A stretch of 52,320 nucleotides of DNA from a virus (taxonomy: Duplodnaviria > Caudoviricetes), in the IMG/VR virus record IMGVR_UViG_3300011336_000270, positions 1 to 52,320 of that record. One strand, 5' to 3'. Below are positions 1-8,188 of the stretch, piece after piece (positions within the stretch are counted from its first letter, which is position 1; each line of letters starts with the position of its first letter). The notes beneath the pieces were generated by a model. That model did no database searches, was not told where the DNA came from, and saw only the letters and a program-made list of their open reading frames with translations. A program made the position numbers and the translations under genes.

Positions 1-243
1 AAACCAAAATCTACGCACTAAACAAAATTAACTCTGCCGCGCCTCAAATCCTGTCGCGCTTGCATGAAATCCTTGCGCCATCTATCGGCAAAAAAATAAT
101 TACCTCTCACCCTTGGGATCGGTGGAGTAAAAAACTACAGCCCCAGCTTAACGCATTGCATGAGGAAATGCGCGCCAATCAAATCCGTCTCGTTTTCCAC
201 TTCTCAGAGCGTAGCATCTGGGCGGACATTGACACAACAATTC
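1..243. repeat. Terminal direct repeat, left copy (matches 52078-52320); circular closure or assembly overlap
   Basis: 1-243 is identical to 52078-52320 except at position 12 (T vs G at 52089) and position 137 (A vs C at 52214). Confidence 0.97.
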
Positions 244-458
244 CATGCGGCCCTTACTCTGTGGAGTATGTAAAGCAGTCTTTCAATGTGGCGAGAATAG
301 AAAATAATAACCTTCTGGAATTGACTCCAGTTGAGTCTTTGCAATTCCGCACAGACTACACAGAGGAAGAAATAAACGAAAAACTGGCAAAGCTCCGCGA
401 GTTGCGGGATTTGGCTTTTAAGGTGGAGGGTGAAATCCCTGCTCAACTCCGTAAATGA
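1..458 (+). CDS. Hypothetical early protein spanning the contig junction (true start ATG at 52074, about 153 aa)
   Basis: ORF 60..458 is open back to position 1 and continues in frame from ATG 52074 in the right repeat copy, which follows an A/C-rich leader. Confidence 0.7.
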   Translation, partial: TKIYALNKINSAAPQILSRLHEILAPSIGKKIITSHPWDRWSKKLQPQLNALHEEMRANQIRLVFHFSERSIWADIDTTIPCGPYSVEYVKQSFNVARIENNNLLELTPVESLQFRTDYTEEEINEKLAKLRELRDLAFKVEGEIPAQLRK

Positions 459-580
459 AATACCCCATCCGCACCCGCCGTTTCAATCGCGTTCGCCGTT
501 CTCTTTTCGTTAGGTCTTGCGCGCTTGTCGTCATCCTTACAGCCCTCGCCGTTCAAATCATCCACATCATCACAGAATAA
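455..580 (+). CDS. Small basic membrane protein (41 aa)
   Basis: ATGA overlap with the upstream stop; MKYPIRTRRFNRVRRSLFVRSCALVVILTALAVQIIHIITE has a basic N-terminus and one hydrophobic helix; below the ORF-track cutoff. Confidence 0.55.
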   Translation: MKYPIRTRRFNRVRRSLFVRSCALVVILTALAVQIIHIITE

Positions 581-803
581 TCCACACACGCAAACGGGAT
601 TCCGTCCTATCCGGCTTCCCTTTGCGCTAATCGCCCCGCATTCGCGTTTTCTCCACTCTTCCGCGCCTTTATCCTTCCCTTGATTCTTTCCGCGCTAGTT
701 TCCTACTTTATTGTTACCGATACCGCCTACACTTCCCTCCACTCCGCTTTCGACACTCTGCTTCTCCCTAGAGCGTAAACCAAAAACCAATAGAACAAAC
801 CAC

Positions 804-1124
804 ATGAAAACCACAAACCACGCACCGGAACCTTGGACGATTCGCCGCCTCTCAAAATGGCATGATGGCACTCCACAAGAATTTGACCTACTAGAAGTAG
901 TGTCAAGACAGGGATACCAATTAGCCATAACCCATGACTGTAAACCGAAAGCCGTGGCTACAGCAAATCTGATCGCCGCCGCGCCTGATCTGCTTTCTGC
1001 TTTGCGGGAAGCCTACAACGCAATTGCTTGGGATATTCCCGGCGGGAACTTGTCCGATGCGGATTCGGAGGCTCTACTTGATACCATTCGCGCCGCAATC
1101 GCTAAAGCGGAGGGTGTAGCCTAA
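804..1124 (+). CDS. Hypothetical phage protein (HxPxPW...ANxxLIAAAPDLL family)
   Basis: HAPEPW and ANLIAAAPDLLSAL motifs, common in small early phage proteins; ATG 804 follows an A/C-rich leader. Confidence 0.75.
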   Translation: MKTTNHAPEPWTIRRLSKWHDGTPQEFDLLEVVSRQGYQLAITHDCKPKAVATANLIAAAPDLLSALREAYNAIAWDIPGGNLSDADSEALLDTIRAAIAKAEGVA

Positions 1125-1134
1125 CCTAGCTTTT

Positions 1135-1156
1135 CGGGGGAGTCCGACCCTCCCCT
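1135..1156. terminator. Hairpin between convergent genes
   Basis: GGGGGAG...CTCCCC stem flanked by T-rich sequence between stops at 1124 and 1159. Confidence 0.45.
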
Positions 1157-1158
1157 GT

Positions 1159-1809
1159 TTAGCCTTCTGATATGGCTTCTTTTTCCTCGCTTGGGGTTGC
1201 CGTCACAGCCTGCACTTCCTCCATGGTAACATCAAGAGTAACATTGCGCGGTTCGTCCTTCGGCGGAGGCATCACATGAAGGGAGACCATTGCGTTTAAT
1301 GAAATCGCCCGTTCGTCCATGTCTTTGCCATTCAAGCCGTAGCTCTTTTCGGCGGCGTCGATGTATTGCTGGAAGAGTGTCATCATGCTCCGCAAATCCT
1401 GCACTTTACCCGTCACCTTATGCTCAAGAATAGCCTTCCGCATCTTCTCAAGTTGCTCAAAAGTAAAGACATGATGCTCCTCGATTCCGCTTGTCCGCCT
1501 TTCTGCTATGCTCCGATCCACATTCCCCTTGGCAATGATCTGCACCTCTTCCGCTTTCTGGTGCAATCCAAATTTCGCACTCTTATTTTTCAAGTAGGCA
1601 TAGCTCATTCCCTCAAACTCAGGCATTTCCAGAATTTCTTTGTTCGTCTTTCCGCTGAGGATCAGCTTCTCAATCAAGGGCCAGTCCCACTTCACGGGCC
1701 GGGGTGGAGGCGGGATCATATTCCGCGCTTGCTTTTTCTTGGTAACATTGCGAGCAACCTTGGGAGTAACATTGCTACTCTCACTTGTCTTTTCGGGTTC
1801 TTTAGCCAT
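1159..1809 (-). CDS. Putative terminase small subunit / HTH DNA-binding protein
   Basis: N-terminal HTH-like segment (WDWPLIEKLILSGKTNKEILEMPEFEGMSYAYLKNK) followed by a helical oligomerisation-like region; size fits TerS; function is inferred. Confidence 0.45.
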   Translation of the reverse strand: MAKEPEKTSESSNVTPKVARNVTKKKQARNMIPPPPRPVKWDWPLIEKLILSGKTNKEILEMPEFEGMSYAYLKNKSAKFGLHQKAEEVQIIAKGNVDRSIAERRTSGIEEHHVFTFEQLEKMRKAILEHKVTGKVQDLRSMMTLFQQYIDAAEKSYGLNGKDMDERAISLNAMVSLHVMPPPKDEPRNVTLDVTMEEVQAVTATPSEEKEAISEG

Positions 1810-1929
1810 GATTTGAGGCTAAATCGTCCACAAAATTTTGTCAATTTTTATCCTTTCCCCAGAGCAAAAAAGAAAAAACCAAAAACCAAAAACAGCAGTA
1901 AAATCAATAAACAAATATAGACAAAACAT

Positions 1930-2085
1930 ATGAGTGATACAGAAAAATCGTTCCAAACCTGCCTACCTCCAGAAGCGTATCTTCGGATTTGCAGGGCCGC
2001 AAATAATGTCGTCGAGCCTAAATTCCGCTCGTCCTACTACCCGAAAAAGGCTGAGGTTCAAACCAAGAAAGCACCCCAAAAATGA
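1930..2085 (+). CDS. Hypothetical protein (51 aa)
   Basis: MSDTEKSFQTCLPPEAYLRICR...; its stop overlaps the next start (ATGA 2082-2085). Confidence 0.6.
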   Translation: MSDTEKSFQTCLPPEAYLRICRAANNVVEPKFRSSYYPKKAEVQTKKAPQK

Positions 2086-2267
2086 GGACTTTTATGCTCC
2101 ACAAACAGCCTCCGATCTTTCGCGTGAAGGAGACTCCAGTCTCAATAAGAGAGACCAAACGGGAGATTATCCAAGCCCTCCAGGCAGTCTGCGACGCCTA
2201 TCGCGGAACGGACTCGCTTCTACTCCTCCAATGCCAATCCGCGCTTAGAAAGGCAAAGAACCTATGA
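2082..2267 (+). CDS. Hypothetical protein
   Basis: ATGA-coupled at both ends in an operon with the helicase. Confidence 0.65.
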   Translation: MRTFMLHKQPPIFRVKETPVSIRETKREIIQALQAVCDAYRGTDSLLLLQCQSALRKAKNL

Positions 2268-3895
2268 TCTCGAAACTAATGGATACGCTAGAGTGGAGTC
2301 ACCCCATGCAGTTGAACACCAAGCGCGGCCCTCGACTCTTGAAGAAGTCACCAATAGGTAAAGCCTTCTGGTCTGTCTACAGGGAATCTCCTGATAAGTA
2401 CAAAGAATTCTTCCGCGAGGTTGGCATGTCCATGACCAAGTTCCGCGATGAGTGGGAACTGGCTTGGTGGTCTGATGATCAGTTAAAGTTCAAGCCGATA
2501 CCTACAGACAAACCCGCCGATGTAGAACCAGAACTAGACTTGTCGGACTTGCCTCCACTTCTCCACCCAGAGGGTTTGCTGGAATACCAGTTGACCAGCG
2601 TCCAGATGGGAGTTCGCTCCATGCAGAAATACAATCGGGTTCTGCTCGGTCACTCTACTGGTGTCGGAAAGACCTTCTGTGCTTTGGGTATAGCTAGAGA
2701 GTTAGGCAAGAAGGTTGCGGTCATCTGTCCTAAACCTATCGTTACCGATTGGCATCGCGCCGCGAAGATGATGGGTGTAGAGACCTATGAAGTCTGTGGC
2801 TGGGAGTGGACGAAGACAGGTAAGAGTAAGATGGGCAGATGGACGGATGATAAGAAGAAACAATTCCGCTTCATGCTCCCAGACGATTGCCTGTTGGTCT
2901 TTGATGAAGTTCACAGAGGTAAGGCACCGGGGACAAGTCAGAATGCTTTCCTAGTCCGAGATGCGGTAGTCCAGAATGTCCCTAGCATTGCATTATCGGC
3001 AACGATAGCGGATGATCCCACAAAACTCTGGGCTATTGGGCAGTTCCTCGGTCTGCATCAGGGAGAAAAGGACTACTTCCGCTTCATACAAAATCACGGA
3101 TGCAGAAAAACCAGATTCGGTTTCCAGTATCATGGATCGGATTCTGTCCTCAAGAAACTCCATCACAAAATATATCCAGATCGCGGGAATCGTCTCCGTC
3201 ACTCCGATCTCGGTGATGCCTTTCCCGAAACTCTAATCCATGCCCGTGCATTCGATATGGATTCGGCGCGGGAGATTGCCAATGAATACGAAGAACTCTG
3301 CAACCGAATTGAAGAACTACGGATGCAAGAGAACTTCGCAATTAACGCTCTTGCAGAACAGACAAGGGCGAGACAAAGAATTGAACTTATGAAATGCGGG
3401 GCTGTAGCTTCACTAACAAGAGATTATCTTGAAGAAGGATGCTCCGTATTTATAGCTGTGAATTTCACGGAGAGCAGAGATTTTTTAATGAAAGAATTAA
3501 AAACAGAATGTTCTATCCATGGCGGTCAAAATGAAATGGAAAGGCGTGGTCACATTGACTCTTTTCAAAATGATAAAAGCCATATTATTATTGGACAAGT
3601 TCAAGCCTGCAGGGAGGGACTAAATCTGCATGACATAAAAGGAAATAGACCTCGCGTTGCTTTAATTATGCCTACGCCTAGCATTTACGACACCAAGCAG
3701 GTATTAGGCAGAGTTCATCGTGCAGGAGGAAAAAGCAAAAGCATTCAATATTTAGTGTATGCGGCTGGCGTCACAATTGAAGAGAATATCTGTTCAAAAC
3801 TAGATGAGAAACTGAAAAGACTCGATTTGCTTAACGATGGTGAAACCGATCCCACAATATCATTACTTCCGAATGAAGAGAAAGAATTGACATAA
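2264..3895 (+). CDS. Superfamily 2 (SNF2/DEAH-like) helicase
   Basis: Walker A HSTGVGKT, motif II DEVH, motif III SAT, motif V EGLNL, motif VI QVLGRVHRAG. Confidence 0.92.
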   Translation: MISKLMDTLEWSHPMQLNTKRGPRLLKKSPIGKAFWSVYRESPDKYKEFFREVGMSMTKFRDEWELAWWSDDQLKFKPIPTDKPADVEPELDLSDLPPLLHPEGLLEYQLTSVQMGVRSMQKYNRVLLGHSTGVGKTFCALGIARELGKKVAVICPKPIVTDWHRAAKMMGVETYEVCGWEWTKTGKSKMGRWTDDKKKQFRFMLPDDCLLVFDEVHRGKAPGTSQNAFLVRDAVVQNVPSIALSATIADDPTKLWAIGQFLGLHQGEKDYFRFIQNHGCRKTRFGFQYHGSDSVLKKLHHKIYPDRGNRLRHSDLGDAFPETLIHARAFDMDSAREIANEYEELCNRIEELRMQENFAINALAEQTRARQRIELMKCGAVASLTRDYLEEGCSVFIAVNFTESRDFLMKELKTECSIHGGQNEMERRGHIDSFQNDKSHIIIGQVQACREGLNLHDIKGNRPRVALIMPTPSIYDTKQVLGRVHRAGGKSKSIQYLVYAAGVTIEENICSKLDEKLKRLDLLNDGETDPTISLLPNEEKELT

Positions 3896-3914
3896 TAGAA
3901 ATCGAATTTATCTT
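3887..3914 (+). promoter_or_regulatory. Sigma-70-like promoter for the leader RNA and HNH gene
   Basis: TTGACA (3887-3892), 16 bp spacer, TATCTT (3909-3914). Confidence 0.5.
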
Positions 3915-3921
3915 ATGGTAA

Positions 3922-4047
3922 ATCGGAGTGAAACCCCGATAACCGTAAGATTAAATTTGAAATGCTAATACAATATCATCCCTTGCATGGTAAAGGTTTC
4001 ACCTGTCATTCAGACAGTCTTACGGCCATGTGAGGGATGTCCTTTTT
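3922..4047 (+). ncRNA. Structured leader RNA, copy 1 (attenuator / C4-antisense-like architecture)
   Basis: Hairpin 3922-3940; long stem 3977-3990/4026-4039 plus U-tract; enclosed GGTTTCAC and TCTTACGG are complementary to upstream GTGAAACC and CCGTAAGA. Confidence 0.65.
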
Positions 4048-4050
4048 ATT

Positions 4051-4908
4051 ATGAGCAAATACGGAAACTTGAAGCGGGGAGATACGAGAGAAGACGGAAT
4101 GATTTTTTGGGCTTACACAGATGGAAAAGAAAGATGGGTGACAAGTGGCAAGTTCGATGAACTAAGGCAAAAAATTTCCGATAATTTCAAGAGAGAATTA
4201 CCTGAAAAAAAGTTTAAGCGCGGGGATCGACGCGAAGATGGGAAAATATTTTGGGCATACAGAAAAACATATAAAAACTTTGAGTGCTGGATGAGTGAGG
4301 ATGCCTACAATAAAGAACTAAATAGGTCTATGGTTTATCTTGCTAATCGTAAATTCAAGAAGCCAAAAATTAAAGTTGGTTTCATGAGGCAAGATGGACT
4401 TGTTTATATGGGATATTATAAAGGATGCAAAAATGGACAGAGATGGGTATCGCCTGAAAAATATGAGTCAAAGAAAAGAAAAGAAAGAAATAGATTTGCT
4501 ACATTATATCACAGCAACGAAGAGTTTAAAAAGAAAGTAAAAGAAAATTCTAAAAATGTTTCAAAAAAACGAATGGCTATTGATCCGCTTTTTAAATTAA
4601 AGGTTCATTGCCGATCAATGATTTCAACTGCTTTTAGTAGAAAAAATTTTACAAAGAGAAGCAAAACGCAAAACATAGTTGGTTGTTCTTTTGAAGAACT
4701 AAAAAGACACATTGAATCTCAATTTAAATCAGGGATGAATTGGGAGAATCACGGAGAATGGCACATCGACCACATAATGCCGCTTTCAATGGCAAAAACC
4801 GAAGATGAGATGATAAGATTGAATCACTATAGAAATCTTAGACCTATTTGGGCCAAAGAAAATTTAGTAAAAGGACATAAGCAAATAAACGATCTTGTTT
4901 TGTTTTAA
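4051..4908 (+). CDS. Free-standing HNH homing endonuclease with three N-terminal GDxREDG repeats
   Basis: C-terminal GCSFEELKRHIESQF...WHIDHIMPLS...LNHYRNLRPIWAKENLVKG HNH motif; AT-rich; ATG 4051 preferred. Confidence 0.88.
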   Translation: MSKYGNLKRGDTREDGMIFWAYTDGKERWVTSGKFDELRQKISDNFKRELPEKKFKRGDRREDGKIFWAYRKTYKNFECWMSEDAYNKELNRSMVYLANRKFKKPKIKVGFMRQDGLVYMGYYKGCKNGQRWVSPEKYESKKRKERNRFATLYHSNEEFKKKVKENSKNVSKKRMAIDPLFKLKVHCRSMISTAFSRKNFTKRSKTQNIVGCSFEELKRHIESQFKSGMNWENHGEWHIDHIMPLSMAKTEDEMIRLNHYRNLRPIWAKENLVKGHKQINDLVLF

Positions 4909-4920
4909 TTTAAAAAAACA

Positions 4921-4957
4921 AAAACCCCGTGGTGAACTTAATCGCCACGGGGTTTTG
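4921..4957. terminator. Bidirectional intrinsic terminator
   Basis: AAAACCCCGTGG...CCACGGGGTTTT with A- and T-tracts on each side, between convergent genes. Confidence 0.85.
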
Positions 4958-4967
4958 CTTTTAGTTC

Positions 4968-5222
4968 TTATTTGTTTTTATCTTCATCTGGCGGCCTTCT
5001 TTCCATGCCCACCCTATACAAAAGGAATGCAAGGCTTAAATGTTTAATAGCCTCACTGCCCTCTTGATACCTTGCGCCAGTTCGGATAATCATTTGACTA
5101 AGCAAATGTGCCGTGCTGGCGAAGGCGTGAATCGCTTCATCCTTCTTTGCATCATTGGTTGTTGGGAACGAGAAGATCGTTTTAAGACTCTCGTTCAGTT
5201 CGTTTGCTGGGTTGTTTTCCAT
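4968..5222 (-). CDS. Small helical protein, possibly a distant Acb2/Tad1-like fold
   Basis: ORF coupled to the upstream gene; pattern LxxxFxF...AxxLxxxI...ExSxAIxxLxxA. Confidence 0.6.
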   Translation of the reverse strand: MENNPANELNESLKTIFSFPTTNDAKKDEAIHAFASTAHLLSQMIIRTGARYQEGSEAIKHLSLAFLLYRVGMERRPPDEDKNK

Positions 5223-5224
5223 AA

Positions 5225-6175
5225 TTATTCTCCTCTCAAAAATTGAATCCACTCGTTTTCCGCTGCATCGAACCAGCTTTTGCCTTGCAGGTCGATCAGT
5301 AATTGGTGCGATTCCACCTCATTCGGAACTTGGGTGACGATCTCCGAATTCATCCAGTTCTCGACATTTAGGATCAAAAAGCGGTGAGGCATGGGTTTCT
5401 GCTTCTCTTCTTTGCCTTGGGCTTCCCGCACTTTGCCGCGAACCTCTTGGCTGGATAGCTTCTCGGTCTTCGCCGCTTCGACTAGCTGGGCCTTCTTATT
5501 CTCTGAAAGGTCAGCATTGCCGATCTCACGATAGACCGTGAATGGTAGCATCGCATCACGCTGGGCAGCAGGGAAGGCTTTACAGGCGCGAGCGTAGCCA
5601 GAGACCGTGCTATAAGACTTCTTGAACTGGGCGCACAACTGATTAACTACATCTTCATGCCCAGCATTCTCTAGCGCGACCACCGAATCACCGATGATCC
5701 ATTGGCTACCAGACTCAAGAGTAAGACCGAAAGCGAAGGCTTTCACCCAGTCCTGCATGGATACATCTCCCTTTGGAACGCATTGCGTCATGCCTGCGCC
5801 GAGGTCGAACTTCTGCGTGAAGCTCGAAAGCTCGAGGCCTTGGCTGACACTCTGCACTAGTTCAAGTTTCTCTTTAGATTCTTCTGAGACTTGAGTATCG
5901 GTAACGATAACGGGAGTTTTGTCCGAAGCCAACTCGGAAGCTGATTCAAGATCATACGCCATCTTCTCGTAGAGTTCCGCGACTTCATCAGCCACATTGT
6001 CTTCGATATACTGGTTCTTCTTTACCTTGTCCCAGACCTTCTTGATAAGAGTCTCGGTCATCGTGATGCCCTTCCACTCTTGTTGAGCAAAGGTTAACAT
6101 CTGTTTGAGGTAGGTTGCTTCGTTTACGAGTTGTCCCTCATGGAGAGGGCTGAATAGTTCTAGTTTATTTTTCAT
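5225..6175 (-). CDS. ParB/KorB/LmbU-like HTH DNA-binding protein
   Basis: SQWIIGD...KSYSTVSGYARACKAFPAAQRDAMLPFTVYREIG...QLVEAAKTEKLSSQEVRGKVR resembles the LmbU-family WxxGD...YxTxxxYA...F...R...LxF pattern and the ParB LSxxEV helix. Confidence 0.6.
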   Translation of the reverse strand: MKNKLELFSPLHEGQLVNEATYLKQMLTFAQQEWKGITMTETLIKKVWDKVKKNQYIEDNVADEVAELYEKMAYDLESASELASDKTPVIVTDTQVSEESKEKLELVQSVSQGLELSSFTQKFDLGAGMTQCVPKGDVSMQDWVKAFAFGLTLESGSQWIIGDSVVALENAGHEDVVNQLCAQFKKSYSTVSGYARACKAFPAAQRDAMLPFTVYREIGNADLSENKKAQLVEAAKTEKLSSQEVRGKVREAQGKEEKQKPMPHRFLILNVENWMNSEIVTQVPNEVESHQLLIDLQGKSWFDAAENEWIQFLRGE

Positions 6176-6178
6176 GTG

Positions 6179-6388
6179 TTATTTGTTTTGTTTAAGGACT
6201 TCGTTTGCTCTCTCTAGGTGCATTACATGGTTTCTTACGACTTTGAGTCTGTTCCTGCAATCATAAAGCCTGTCTTTGGCGGCAGCTATTTCGGAGGTCA
6301 GAACTTCAATTTCGCTGGTTAGTTCTTCTTCTTCTTTAATCAAATCAGTAAGAACTGATTGTATTTCTGGTGTGTATTTAGTTTTCAT
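6179..6388 (-). CDS. Short coiled-coil protein
   Basis: Heptad pattern; in operon. Confidence 0.7.
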   Translation of the reverse strand: MKTKYTPEIQSVLTDLIKEEEELTSEIEVLTSEIAAAKDRLYDCRNRLKVVRNHVMHLERANEVLKQNK

Positions 6389-6617
6389 GTGTTTTGATTG
6401 TGAATTTCATTAAGGCTATGAGGACATTTCCTCTTGGTTGAACGCTATATTCTTTGTCCAATGCAAGCCAGCGACTCACTTGCACGGCTCCGCTCCTGCT
6501 TTCCGAGATTTTCTCCTCATCAGGCAGATAGCTGTTGAGGATACGAGGCATATCCTTAATTAGAATACCCTCGTTCCTCATGCGTTCTAAGACGCGCTCG
6601 ATGACATCATTTACCAC
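6378..6617 (-). CDS. Small HTH-like protein
   Basis: VQVSRWL...QPR resembles the XRE/Cro recognition-helix region; in operon. Confidence 0.55.
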   Translation of the reverse strand: MVNDVIERVLERMRNEGILIKDMPRILNSYLPDEEKISESRSGAVQVSRWLALDKEYSVQPRGNVLIALMKFTIKTHEN

Positions 6618-6620
6618 GGA

Positions 6621-7433
6621 TTAGTTCCAAGGTATGTCATCTTGTTCCTCAAGCGGCCCGTCTAGATTAAGGTCGATGCCAGCTTGCTCAACACACTTGG
6701 AGAACGGGCTGTCAAACCCTTTCTCTAGGTAGTATTGATAGAGCTTAGTCAAGGCAGGCTTGCCAACTGACCCCAAGGTTTTACCCTTCATGGAACCAGA
6801 TGGAACGATAGCCGCGCCCCAATCTTTCGGATCACAGGCAGGCTTCGGCGGTTCACTAGCTACCGCATAGGAGATACCCTTGCGATTAGCTTCGATGAAT
6901 ACCGATGCCACATACGAACGAAGAGTTTCCTCATCACTAGTCCTGCCGGCATAGGCATGGCGAACCAGCCCGTCGATATACAGATGCATCTCCACGATGC
7001 TATCAATAGCCTTCTTCGGATCGCCATCAGCCTGCTTTACTGGGCGAGTCTCGCGTGTCACACTAACTGGTTCCTTGATAGTCTCGCCTCCTGCCAGTTC
7101 TACTTTGGCAGTCTTCTTGACCTTGATACAGTCACGATCAACCTTCGTCCCATCACTCTTGGAGTAGGATTCATGGCTGAGTTCAACGCCTCCAAGCCCC
7201 ATCTTGCCCTTGGTCGATGAGATAGTGACCACTTTACCTTTCAGAACATCGGGGTTCTGCTCCTTGTCCATGAAGGTGATTCCGTAGATGTCCCCATCAA
7301 TCTCGATGTCTCCACCTTGGATTTTGTATGGGCCATACTTGCCTTCCTTCTCTTTGGCAGGCCATAGTTTAGTGATTTTCCCAGTTACTTTGGGAATGAT
7401 GTCGTTCTGATTTAGTCCTTCTAGTTGTTTCAT
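6621..7433 (-). CDS. Single-stranded DNA-binding protein (OB-fold)
   Basis: OB-like N-terminus (VTGKITKLWPAKEKEGKYGPYKIQ) and acidic tail EEQDDIPWN; adjacent to an exonuclease. Confidence 0.7.
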   Translation of the reverse strand: MKQLEGLNQNDIIPKVTGKITKLWPAKEKEGKYGPYKIQGGDIEIDGDIYGITFMDKEQNPDVLKGKVVTISSTKGKMGLGGVELSHESYSKSDGTKVDRDCIKVKKTAKVELAGGETIKEPVSVTRETRPVKQADGDPKKAIDSIVEMHLYIDGLVRHAYAGRTSDEETLRSYVASVFIEANRKGISYAVASEPPKPACDPKDWGAAIVPSGSMKGKTLGSVGKPALTKLYQYYLEKGFDSPFSKCVEQAGIDLNLDGPLEEQDDIPWN

Positions 7434-8188
7434 ATTGCTTTTGGTTGGTAGTTGTTCATGTGTTGCCAGAGTTTGCATACGCACTTAAACGCCTCAAACT
7501 CTTTGTCTATTGTTGTCTCGTCATACCACGCCTCGCCGATTCTTCCCGGCTCAGTCGTAGAAATGTAGAGGTTTACCCCACGGCGAGCCTCTGCAATCTG
7601 GGCATAAGCCGCAATCTGCATTGGTTCTTTTGACCACGGGGTGATCTTCATGTCTGGCTTGGTCTTCCTGCTCTTGTAATCCAAGATATGCAGGACGCCA
7701 TCTTTCTCTATCAGCGCATCAGTAGTGCCAGCGTATCCCACGACAGGATTAACTAGCCTCAACTCATGCTTGATAAACTTTACTCGGTTGACTGCCACCC
7801 AGTCTTTGACTGGCGCGACATAGACTTCCATTGAAGGATCGTATGGTTGCCCTTGGAAATGTAGCTCAAGAGCTTTGTGGATGTCGGTTCCGAGATCAGC
7901 GGCATCTTTGACCTGCTCGAAAGCATCAGTCATGATGCGGGAGCAGTAAGCCTCATCACTCTCGCCGGGGTTCCGTGTAAGAGTAAGTGAAGCCATCAAG
8001 ACTTGTTGCTGTTTCCAGCGATCAAGTTCTGGCGCGGCCATTACTTTCATCACAGTTGTCGCGCTAGGATACCAGTTAAAGCGTCTCGCATCCCTTAATG
8101 TAGTGGGGCGCGGCTCTCCCTTAGCAGACAAAATGGTATGTCTGGGTTCTCCAGCCGCATCATACCAATGATTTCCTTCTAATGCCAT
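7430..8188 (-). CDS. PD-(D/E)xK (Cas4/RecB-like) exonuclease
   Basis: GTDIHKALE, YAGTTDAL, ILDYKS and QIAAY motifs; start MALEGNHWY at 8188. Confidence 0.85.
   Translation of the reverse strand: MALEGNHWYDAAGEPRHTILSAKGEPRPTTLRDARRFNWYPSATTVMKVMAAPELDRWKQQQVLMASLTLTRNPGESDEAYCSRIMTDAFEQVKDAADLGTDIHKALELHFQGQPYDPSMEVYVAPVKDWVAVNRVKFIKHELRLVNPVVGYAGTTDALIEKDGVLHILDYKSRKTKPDMKITPWSKEPMQIAAYAQIAEARRGVNLYISTTEPGRIGEAWYDETTIDKEFEAFKCVCKLWQHMNNYQPKAI

Noticed and set aside
600-770. Pyrimidine-rich CCGC...TTCC quasi-repeats in the early intergenic region
   Set aside because: No consistent unit or period could be defined by eye; treated as low-complexity sequence apart from the palindrome variant at 709
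1366-2248. ORFs 1366..1920 and 1934..2248 (+)
   Set aside because: They are antisense or off-frame shadows of better-supported genes (1159..1809, 1930..2085, 2082..2267)
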